Source of the DNA: Trichosphaerium sp. ATCC 40318
Lineage: Eukaryota; Protista; Tubulinea
Reading direction: 5' to 3'
Length of the DNA: 64,000 bases
Assembly: GCA_038496445.1 (NCBI GenBank)
Contig: JALMLS010000253.1
Coordinates: 62,001-126,000 of the forward strand
The notes under the pieces: generated by a model
The model's input: only the letters and a program-made list of their open reading frames with translations
The model's database searches: none
Told to the model about the DNA's origin: nothing
Program-made: the position numbers and the translations under genes
Shown: positions 24,680 to 35,766 of the stretch, one piece after another
Layout of the letters: every line of letters starts with the position of its first letter
Numbering within the stretch: position 1 is the first letter of the stretch

Positions 24680-26630
24680 TTTGCGTACTTACGCACGTTG
24701 TGTAAAGGTACTGGTTTGCTCTTTTACGCCTTTCATCGCCAACATTACCAGTTCTGTCTCTATTGTGGTTTGCAGGCGCAAGGCAGTAGTGTGCGTAAAG
24801 CTAAAAATTGTCCTCTACATTGGTAGTACCATCTTCAATTCCTTTACCAGAGTATAAAGCGACAACGTGCTGTAAGGGCATCGTTGTTATCACACGCGTC
24901 GCCTGTCTGCACATTTTAGGTGTTTAATGCAGTTTTAAGACAGTCGCACTCCGCATGCTTTTACCGAGGCTTCTTTGCCCAGCTCCAACCCTGACCGTGA
25001 ACGAACACAAGAAGAATAAAGAACTACTAGTAAATCAGCGCATAAAGTACTAGGCACGTATGAAATTTTACCTACTGGATTGTAACCACAGCAAACCTCA
25101 ACTGATATTTATGTATGATGTAAACTAATTGCACGCTATTTTGATCTTAAATGGCGGCGAACGAAGGTTAATAACAGTTTAAGGCCCTCGTGAATGTTTA
25201 AGGAAATTCTAAAACAAACGCTTAAAAAATGCGCTGGTCAGCGGTTTTAATTTCACGTGTATTTTTAGCGTGAAGAATAGAGTGAGAGAAACGTGTACTC
25301 AATCCCAGATACACACTCACAACAGTATGTCTTATCGAGAAACTATTCCTGCAATAGATTTTACGTTTTGGTTGCGTTTTGTAGATAACAAAAAAAAGGT
25401 GCGTCAATGATACTTGAAGTGCATTGGACGCTTCGGGGGCACTGATAAACTGCGTCAACCACATTACGGTAAGACTGTCTACTCACACCACGCGAAATGT
25501 ATTTCAAAACAGCTCTGGAAGCTCTGTAACACTGGCACTAAAGAACACTGGTAAAGTATGCATGATGTCTTTCGGCTGTTCTTTTCCTCGTCTCAGCGGT
25601 TTTTTAGACCTCCTAACGATGATATGCCATAAAAAACGCGTAAGTAAAGTAAAGGCGCCGTGTCTCAGTTTCTAAATCGATAGTATTCTGATTTTGGTTT
25701 GTGCAATTCCATCTTGTTCTAAATATGCTTAGCGTTATTTACGTGGTCTAAGAAATGTATACCCTGGTGCTGTATGTATTTGCGTGTGAAATAATCATTT
25801 CAAATTGGGCGTATATTCGGTATATCACGTCGTCTTAGTACGTACTAGCGGTGTAAGTTATCATTCACGATAGTAAATACTTGCAACAAAAATAAATGTC
25901 CTTTTTTGTTAAAATCGCAAGTCTGAAATTTCACTGATTTACGTAGCCACAGACATCCTAATACCAGTCCTAACTAGGTGCAAAGTAGCGTAGCTAATGT
26001 TGTGAGGTGATTTCTAGTGATCTAGAGTAAGTTTCAAGAAAGTTCGGAAGATCCGAATACTACAATACTTCACACAATTAAATGCGTTTTCAACTCCTCG
26101 TTTCGCTACCCAACAGCGTCCAACGTGTCTTTAGTACCGTTTAGACGATATTTGATCGGTTTTCGAGCGTACCACAATTTATTTTTGATCAAAATATCCA
26201 ACCATAAAATGATTTTCGATTTTTTTGTTAGTGTGGAAGACGGGTGTATACCTCAATTCCACAACCGCCAGCGGGACGGATTTCCTGTAGTAGAAGGCGT
26301 GCAATTGTGTCACGGTGTGAGGGCGATCACATCGTAATGGGATTCATAAGAGCTATGAGTCGCCAGGGGAAGGCTTTAAAAATTACTCTGTACGGGTGCG
26401 TTACATAAACCCACTACCGTTGAAACGGACCTCAAAGTACCGACATTCCGTATGAGTGATGATCCCTTAATTTTTTTGTTTTTCTATTACTTCTCACCTC
26501 AAAAACAAATTTTTATTGCGGCCTCATCTTCTCATACGGTGTTGCCTTCGTGGCTGTTGAAATAGAGCTGGTTTATCGTCTACTATTTCGAGGTACGAGC
26601 GTTCTGTCGGACTTCTAACCAGACATATTG
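24680..26630 (+). ncRNA. Candidate large structured non-coding RNA (or cluster of structured RNAs), family unassigned
   Basis: No credible spliced ORF. More than 15 stems found by eye, many nested, with G-U wobbles that pair only on the + strand. See the finding for coordinates. Boundaries are approximate. Confidence 0.55.
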
Positions 26631-26762
26631 TATATTCGTTTTAAATATAATTTACTAAGGCGTGACTACTCGCAATCACGCTAAATACGCGCGGGTAGTA
26701 CAACGTATTAAAACCTGCTTTTATGATGTTTCTCTTTTATTTTCTTTTTTTCAACTTTTGGT

Positions 26763-28131
26763 TCAATGACGATACTCCCAGCTTCCTCTCATGAACACAT
26801 GATGATCTCCATATATTCTCACGTATTTGAAAGTGTATAGAGGATGAGTAGCAACTGTGTAATTGACACTTTTATCTAAATAATGTAATCTTTGTTTTCC
26901 AACAGAGTTCATCGCTCCAAAAATGCACCCAGAGTATGTAAACCTTGTCTCATCTATAGCTTTGCTATAGGGAAATATTATTAAACCATCAAGATGCACA
27001 TAAAAACACAACAAACGAAATTACGCAAGAAAACTGGCAAAAACAAGATACTTACTGTTTATAGAACTGAGCAAGGAGAGTTGATCCGACTGGGCAAGCC
27101 TAAACAATAAATTAGAAAATTGACACTAGCAATATTTGAAAGTAGATTGCGGGTGACTGTTCCTCAACAGAAAAAACAAGAAACTTATTTCACATTTGTA
27201 AGAAAAAAAGAGGAAAAAATATTGAATGCGAAGATAAAAAAAAATTTAAACCATCATGCTTACCATATATTCAATATGCTCCTCAACGCGCATGTACTTG
27301 CAAAAAACAGGTATGTCAACACCGCCATCTTCGTTAGCCTCAAGAACTTTGATTCGCGTGTTGTTCATTGCTACTAGTTTTTTCAATACTTCATCTTGAC
27401 TCAACTTATCACCCTAATTTGGAGGGTTAACAAAACGCAAATAATATATACAACACACTTTCACATAAGTCGTCACATTCTGGATGAGTTTTTTGAAACC
27501 AACAGCTGTGGTGACGATCAATGTTTCTAAGTTTTCGCCTGTGTATTTTGGTACAGAAAGATCCAAGTCACCTACTAAACCGTTAGCTATTTGATAGTGG
27601 AGAGGGTCAATGCCTTTTGAGGTGAGAACAACTTGTAGTGGTAAAGGGCGGACTTTTTTGAGTACATTTAACCTAAATGTCCGCAAATCTTCAAAACCGA
27701 TATTGAACTGAGTATTTGGCTCGGTGCGAGTCATAATAACGGCATCAGCATAGGTCCAGCCTGTATACACTTAAAACTCTTCATAAAAATAGTATCGTAC
27801 CAGCGACAAGCAAGCGCCAGTCTGCAACGCGTCCAGGCACACTATTGGAAATTAGAAAGGCCAAAGGCTATGCACTCAACTTTAAATGACTCAACGCTAT
27901 GGCATTAGCTTGAGTAGTATCAGGCTCTTCTATGCTGTAACAGTTATCAATTTAGGTTCGTTCAAGAAAGATTACATGCCCGCTGATACCGTCTAAGGAC
28001 ATGACAGATGACGTCCACATATATGGTCTGTCTTTTGGGGGTTTACAATCCCGTACACTCAAATAGGCGTCTATTTCATCTAGAGGGACTTCGGCGCTCG
28101 AAAATTCCGCTACACGCGTAGATTTACTCAT
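26763..28131 (-). CDS. RibD C-terminal / DHFR-like reductase family protein
   Basis: DRPYMWTSSVMSLDG, ADWRLL..ADAVIM, PLQVVLTSKG and IDETRFTYSG match the RibD_C pattern. Multi-exon. Confidence 0.75.
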
Positions 28132-28474
28132 AATTAGTTGCGAAAAGAGTTTTAAACGCAGCAAATTTGAACGTTCAAATTTTCTTTGACTGACACCAGA
28201 CCGCGTTCTTTACGAACCAATTGGATTTAATGGTTAGTGTTTCAAGCAGGAAGAGCAACAACTGTCAAAAACCTACACCTCAGACCAGAGTAACTCGTAT
28301 CATTTGAACACGTGTAGAGGGCTATGAGCAACTTTTCTCTGTTTTGTAGTGCTGACGATTCAAAGAGAAAGTCAAAAACTTTTTTGACTGCCAAATTCTT
28401 TATCTTGCTCGCACAGATACGCTGCACTTGATCTAGAGAAGCTTTTTTTATTTCTCAACAGTGTTATAGTAGTC

Positions 28475-29555
28475 ATGCCAAGGCTGACAGCTCAATTAGT
28501 TTGGTCTTCACCAGCTTTTGTTAATCCGCTTAAAGACCGTGAATTAGACTTACGGGGTATCCTGAATGGCTTAGAGAAGTCTATATTTTGGTTTGTATTT
28601 TTTCTGCATACAAGCGCGTTTTTTTATTGTTCTTGCCGCTGCTACTAATCCTTAACTCACTAAAGGTAACGGTATAGCGCAAATTGAAAATTTAGGTGCA
28701 ACAGAGGTGAGCATTTCAAAACAACAAAATCAAAACTCAAATTGCGTTTTTATTCCACTCAACAACGACCTCATCGATTATTCAGAACCAATTCGATACA
28801 ATAGACCTATCAGACAACCAAATTACGCTACTAGATGGCTTTCCTCTCTTGAGTAGGTTAACGTCCATTTTTATGAACAACAACAAGGTAGCAAGAGTAG
28901 CAGCAGGCCTTGGAGAGTGTACGCAAGAAAAAAGAAGCAAAATTGTGACACTGACAACAAATGTAGCAATCCCAGCGCTTGAAACTTTGGTACTCACAAA
29001 TAACAGTGTCGTCAATTTGGCGGACTTGGATGCTTTGGCAGAGTTTAAAAAATTAGAGATGTTAAGTCTGCTTCAGAACCCCGTACAGCAGAAAAAACAC
29101 TATAGATTATATTTAATACATAAAATACCATCATTGCGTGTATTAGATTTCAGAAAAGTGCGACAAAGGGTGCGTAAAATAAAAATCAAAAAAAAATTCA
29201 AAAAAAAAGCAGTTTGTTGAGCTTCAACCGCTCTCTTTTTATTTCTCTTTATTGCGTGTTAATATTATTCAGGAGCGAGAAGCTGCTGCATCACTATTTG
29301 GTGGCGAAGATGGCGGTGACCTTGAACAAGCCATTCAAAAGAATAAAACAGCTATTGATGCTGATGCTCTAACGCCTGCTCTACGCAAAAAGATTCAAGT
29401 GCGTTTTATTGTACGACTTGTTGTAGTATTAAACCGTTTTTTCTTTTCAGGAACGTATTAAGAGTGTTAAAACAATGGCTGAGATGTCTGAGCTTGAACA
29501 CGCTTTAAAGACAGGAAAATTAACAAAAGAGCTCAAGAAGCAACTAGAACAATAA
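28475..29555 (+). CDS. SNRPA1: U2 snRNP protein A' (LRR)
   Basis: MPRLTAQLV..FVNPLKDRELDLRG..IENLGATENQFDTIDLSDN..GFPLLSRL..NNN and NPVQQKKHYRLYLIHKIPSLRVLDFRKV. Confidence 0.95.
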
Positions 29556-29626
29556 TATTCTTTAGCCTACGCGCACATAGAAGCAATTTTAGTTTTGCTC
29601 AATTAAAACTGTCAACAATCCGAAAA

Positions 29627-32600
29627 ATGCTAAGCGACAACAAAGTATTCTCGTCCTCTGTATTATGGGTTTGTTGCACAGTATGTAAATTGACAACAAC
29701 AACATAAAAAGAATAAATAAAAAAAAGCGGTTGTCTACTTAGCGTCGTTTGCAAAATAAACTGTGTGACTTAATTTTTTTTGGTTGTTACAGTGAATAGA
29801 AAACCGGGATACAATGCTATTAATTGTTATTCCACTAATTGGTGCTACGACACCTAAATTTAACTGCTCAGTATGCATGTTGTAAAGAGACCCACTATGG
29901 AATCTTTTTTACCCTTAGGGCTTAAAGAAAAGGAAGACCCATACTTTGGGTGCGTATTTACGTATGAATTTCTGTTTAAATTAAAACACCGTTAGGGTCG
30001 AAGATAACTTCGATACACTGCTAGATTTTACACCAAACGTTAATAGCGTGTGCATTGGCAACAGATTTTCTGTTTCTTCCACGGAAACAAATGTTACATT
30101 CTCTATTCACAACAAAGAAGCTGTTAGAACAGATCAGCAAACACCTCTCAACATTGAAATGCCATTAGATATTTCGCGTACGACCAAAAACCACAAAACA
30201 ACACTAACACTAAACCGCTTTTGTAGACTTCAATATAGCAAAGAAACAGACCGTTATTTGTCCTACAAGGAATGATCTTGCTAATGTTTTACAAACATCA
30301 CTCAATGTCAATGATTGCCCTGAAGGACTATCTGTATTCGTCGTAGCGGCACCAAACATGAGCAGGTACCTATTTTTTTTTTCGGTTTGTGACACTTACC
30401 TCCGAAAACCGATTCGGTTTTGGCATTTTTACCTTCTTATACTTTTTGCCTAGATTTAACGCTAATATGTCGCCTAAAGCTATGAAGCTTGGTAAAGTAA
30501 CAAAAAAAGGAGCTTCACTGGTAGTCAAGGTCCGCAGTTTGTTGCACGTTTTTTTTGTGGTTTTATTTTTTGGTTTTGACAAACTTTTGAGAAAAAGTGT
30601 CTAACAGCGTTTTAATTAGGTTCAATTTACTTCAGCCATGCGATCTCAGCGTTCAATTGGTGTACGACAAGAAGGGTTCAGGATTATTTTGAAAGTGATT
30701 GTTGTACTTGGCGGGTACATGAGGCAGGTATACACAGGCATCGATGATTTCAGGTACTGTTGTTTTTTTGTAGAGTGATTTGCGGTTTTAACTTGTTTAT
30801 TAGATTTCGTTCCGGTGGCAAAGTATACGCACATAAACGCACTGATACATCACTAACAAATAGTGTATCTCAATCTACACCACCTACATCTCCATCACAG
30901 CCTGTGTTTGTGTCAGATCCTAATTTTGGTGTAAGAGCACTATTTTTTTCTTATTCCTTTCTCCGTTTTTTTATTATTATCAACTACTCACATCTTATTC
31001 ATAGACAATTGTACATTCGCCAACTACTATGCCTTCTCCAGTAAATAGTCCAATGTCTATAAAGATAGAATCAATAGTAAATTCTATACAACCGACATAC
31101 TGTTACGCCTTTGAAGTGCTACAAAATTGGAATAAAGAAAAATGGTTTTTGGTATGTACCATTTTGCTCCAAAGTTTTTTCGTTCAGAAAACCCGTTCCT
31201 TGTGACTACAGGTTTGTAGATTACTTATAAATAATCATAGGTACAAGGAGATAACTTACCAACGCCTATGGATGTAGTATTTAGACCTATTGATCAAGCG
31301 GATTATTTTACTCGTTCACAACAAGTACCACCAGAGCAAGCTATATCTCCTAATATACCACAATTCCTTGTTTGTCCACTGAGGTTCGTTTTTCGATTTG
31401 GCCCAAAACACTACTCGATTTTCAAGAAAGACATTGGTTTTTATCTAAACCTTGTTTAGTAACGTTGTTGGTGCTACTAATTTTGATTTGGCTGGTGATT
31501 ATGTAGTTGGAGTAGAATTCTATACAGCCGCTATGCAACTACCGTCTACGCAACAGTTTACTTATAAGGCTGGTCGATTATATTATGCTAATTTACAAGG
31601 GTTTGCTGTTGATACGCCTGACACTGGTGGAAATAACTTTAATATGCAAGAAGTTGAGCCTGAAAACCATTGGATAAACTTTTTTCAAGCTAATGGTATA
31701 TCTACAACAAAGGTTGATGGTGTTGGACGTACTGTACGTATTTTTGACGTTTGCATGTTTTTGTAGAATCGTTGGTTGACGAGAGTTTACTTTTTTTTTT
31801 TCTTCTTTTTCTCAAGTCTCTTTTAGGTTCTTCATTATGCTGCTTTATTGGGTTACTCTAATGTTGTATATATGGCTCTTACTAAGAAAGTTGATGTTAA
31901 TATACAAGATAATTATGGTTGTACAGCATTACATCTAGCTACGTTTGGAGGTCATATTGATACAGCTATTGTATGTCTATTTTTCTTTCCGTTGAAAAAA
32001 CCTCGATGTTGTTTTTAATGTTTTACTTTTTAGCTTCTCCTTGAGAATGGTGCCAATATATCTTTACGTGATGATGAAGGACAAACACCGTTACATATTG
32101 CAATGAAATGGCGAAAGTTTTACTTGATACCAAAACTTATTGGTGGTCTGTCTATCGATGTCTTAAAGGTACTTTTTCTTCGGATTTTTTTTTTTGCCTT
32201 TTGGCTCAAAGTTCGCTGTGTCACGTGTTTTTTCTTTTTTTGGTTTTGAGGCTCATAATTTCTTTGTAGGAAAACACAAACGCTCAAGATATATTGAACC
32301 TTCTTAAACAATGCCAAAACAAATGGATATCTTGGCAACCTTGTGTTCTACCTTTCCTATCAGCTCCAACAATCAAAACATGTCTTCTTATTAAGCACAT
32401 TATAAATTTCTATCCAAACCTCATAAAGTACAACGCAGGTACGTCCTATTTCTCCCCTTTTTGATAGCCCAAATTATATCAAATACCTGTACTAACTCTT
32501 ATCACCTACAGGAAATGATACGTATAAATTCCAAGTAACAGATGAACTCCTTCAAGTTGTACGACAAGTGTTTGATATGCCTCCTGAACCAGTGTCTACA

Positions 32601-34055
32601 AACCCACCAGCTCAAGTCCCAAACACCGACGTGTTTCCTGGTATTGCTATGCGCACAGGTGCTAGTCTTGCTTCTAAAAATGCCGCAATGGCTGGTACGC
32701 AAAAGTTTTACAATGCCGCCTTGTAAGCTAATAGTATACTTTTAGCCTACCAAGGTTATGATTTGATGGCATCCGAGAGTATAAAGGCAGAAAGTCCTAG
32801 GAGTCCTAAATCGCGTACAGGGCTAAGATCTAGTGCTAGTAGCCTTACAGCAAAGAATCCAAGTAAAGCAAGACCTCCAGAGGCTCGTTTAGTTGATTCT
32901 TCATCATCTGCAAGCATTAAGCTATCTCGTTCGAGTTTAGAAGGACTTGGTAATATGGAACTGCCTGTATATGGTCTAGCAAGGGCCGCATTGACTGCTT
33001 CACCAGCAGGTAATGATGGTTTGAAGGTGACACCACCTCCAGACGCCTTCGGCATGTCAAAGGTATGTGGATTGTTTTTTCGTGAAATGTTTTTGTGACG
33101 TTTCAATAGGATAAGACAATCATGCATGCACTCGCCGATGATGACGATGATGAAGATAGTAGCACTGAATCCTTTGGTATGTATGGTGATGATCCTGATG
33201 CTATTGATAATGAGAAAGATCTTGCAAAGCATGCTGGGGTTATCGCTGCTTCGCGAAATGATGATAGTGTAAGATTTTCGTTTGTTTTTTTGGTTTAGCT
33301 AAAAAGTCTTTTAGGCTAGCTCTATTGACTCCAGTTCGGATTCCCGTTCGAGGAGTTATAGCATGGAAAGTGAAGATAACTTGTATGTTGATCGCAATAC
33401 GTCTACAATGACTGCAGCAGCCTCACCGAGTCCAATGGCGTCTCAAATCTCTGGCGCTGGAAATTTACAACCTCTGGCAAATCAAGCCGGCCACGCTAGT
33501 CAATACCAACAAAAGCCAGTGTCGTCTTATGCTAAAAAGGAAACAAAACAAAGGCGTAAGAGTAAAAAGGCTCTAAATCGTAAGGCATCAATGACATTGA
33601 TATCACCAAATGTTGGTGCTTCTGAGTCAATGGAGAAGGTCCCAGGTAAGGCAAAGCCACCTACACCAAAAGGAGAGAAGGAGGTTACAGATAAAGGTAA
33701 AAGTTCGTGGTTTGGTTGGAAGAAGAGGTTAGTACAGCATGCTTTTTTTTATTATCTTTCTTACTACCACTGCCTGTTATCATTTATTCCTAACTCTGAA
33801 ATTAGCCCTCGAAAGGATAAAAAAGAAAGTGTTGCGGCTACATACAGTGATGACGACGTAATGCGTATGTTCTTTTTTCTTTTCTTCTTTTTCGAAAAAT
33901 TTATTCAAATGAAAGTATTGATTTTTCTAATGGTGGTGTGGTTCTGACGATTTGCTTTAGCTGACATGAGCAAGTTGAGTATATCTGAAGGGAGAAAGAA
34001 ATCAAAAGCAGGCAAACGCAGAAGTATCAAAAGTATTAAAGAACAAAAGCAATGA
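29627..34055 (+). CDS. Ankyrin-repeat protein with N-terminal beta-rich (possibly IPT/TIG-like) region and long low-complexity C-terminus
   Basis: ANK repeats GRTVLHYAA, GCTALHLAT and GQTPLHIAM. Ser/Asp/Lys-rich disordered tail. The start codon is uncertain. Confidence 0.7.
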
Positions 34056-34519
34056 GAACCAAACAAAAGAATACTAAATATTTTTTTGGCGAATACACAT
34101 GCATCTGTGATTTTTTTTGGCTTTATGGAGCGGCAAAATATTGGATTAGTTACCACCACGTGATAAATTGGCTTGATTCTACAAGAGAAAAGAAAAAACT
34201 TTTAGACTTCCCGCGAACTGTGAATCTTTTTTTTTATGGTTGGGTATATAAACTAAGAGATAAAGAAAAATATACGCGTTATGGATATGATAATAACACT
34301 TGTAAAAATTGTACAACAGAATAGATTATTCTTGATTTTATTTTTTCCCAGCGTTTTTTGAGTTTGGCATTTTGGTTCGAAGATCTAAAACTTTCAGTAG
34401 TTCTGTGAAAGCTGGAAGATAAAAACATCATCCAGGGTTTTCAACCAGGGCACAATTTGTTCATTTTTTTTCGAATTAAAAGACGTCCAACCAAACACGA
34501 CAATAACCCGCCAAAAAAG

Positions 34520-35203
34520 ATGATGATACAGACGTTCACGAAGGGTTTAATGAAGATGAAAGGAAAAGGAAGGTGTCAGGGGTGCGACAAATCGTTTATT
34601 CATACAAAAGCTCAAAACCACGTCGAATCATGCCAAGATGCGTATTCTCTTCCAGAACGATCATCTGGCGTTAAAGGATTTCTTATTCGAATAATTGATT
34701 GCGACAATCGAGCATCTGCCTTCTGGCTTTACATTACAATACCCTCAAACGCAACCTTTAAGAAACTGGACGATTATCTGCGAGATACTTGGGTTGAATG
34801 CTGTGGTCACTTGAGTAGCTTCGAAGTAGACGACACACCGATAGAAACACATGTTGATCTTCGCATTGACGCAAGAGCTCGACCTATGACGACAAAGCTG
34901 TCTACACTTCTACGCGAAGGTCTCAGGTTCTGTTATGTGTACGATTATGGGACTCCTACCAAACTTATCCTTGAGGTGCTATCTGTAGATGCTCAATGTA
35001 ATCCTGACAGGGTTGTAACTCTTATGAGAAACATTTTACCTTCGTATAAATGCTATGAATGTAGAAAAAAAGCAACAATTATTTGTCAAGTTTGCTACGA
35101 GAATATCTGCAAGTCTTGCTTAGATGATCATGATTGTGATGAAGAACAGTTTATAGAGATATGTAATTCACCACGTTCTGGTGTTTGTGGTTATGAGGGA
35201 TGA
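34520..35203 (+). CDS. Intronless pRiA4b ORF3-like (TnpR-like) protein with Cys-rich Zn-binding ends
   Basis: ATFKKLDDYLRDTWVECCGHLSSF, YVYDYGTPT, MRN, CYEC..CQVC..CKSC and NSPRSGVCGYEG match the prokaryotic family pattern. Single exon. Confidence 0.8.
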   Translation: MMIQTFTKGLMKMKGKGRCQGCDKSFIHTKAQNHVESCQDAYSLPERSSGVKGFLIRIIDCDNRASAFWLYITIPSNATFKKLDDYLRDTWVECCGHLSSFEVDDTPIETHVDLRIDARARPMTTKLSTLLREGLRFCYVYDYGTPTKLILEVLSVDAQCNPDRVVTLMRNILPSYKCYECRKKATIICQVCYENICKSCLDDHDCDEEQFIEICNSPRSGVCGYEG

Positions 35204-35766
35204 AGTATAGACGAGGAACACTTTCGAGAAAAAAACGTGAGAATTCCCGGGAATAGTGGTTGTCGCTTACAGATTGGGATGCAGTTGTATTTTTTCTTTC
35301 TTCAATAAATTTTTTTGTAGTGTATTTAGTGCTAAGTAGTAAAGGAAGTGTGATTACTTGTTCTTGTTACATATCTTAAATGTGTGCAACGATAGACAAG
35401 TAAAGATAATTATAGTGGAGTTTTTCTTAGTTCTTCCTTGTAAAATACAAACCTCTTTTCTGCGATTTGTCCATCCATCACTGTTTACAGCACAGTGACT
35501 AACCTACATAATTCAACGAGAGGTTTCCAATTTGAACAACCATTGCATCAAACTGTGATAGTCCCCTGCTAAACAGATTCCGAGTGTTTTTTTTCAAAAT
35601 TTCTAAAGTACACATTTTGTGCATTCTTTCAACCTTTTGCGGACCTGTCTAACATTTTCTAGACAAAGCCATGGTCGAACTGATTTAATGACCTAAAAGA
35701 TTCACAATCGTTTCTTCGCTTAACAAAATAAAAACTTGTGAACAGTTTCCAGCACGTGCTAAAGTC

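Noticed and set aside
25222-26337. ORFs 25222-25464, 25424-25675 and 26125-26337 as protein-coding genes
   Set aside because: They are short, carry no recognisable motifs, begin with non-ATG codons in the cases checked, and lack the flanking intron pattern seen in real genes here.
26230-26630. U1, U3, RNase P/MRP or SRP RNA identity (GATGATC box C-like motif; ATTGCAC on the - strand)
   Set aside because: The companion conserved elements are missing (ATACTTACCTG, boxes A/B/D, CR-I/CR-V pairing, SRP helix 8), and the isolated motifs lie on different strands.
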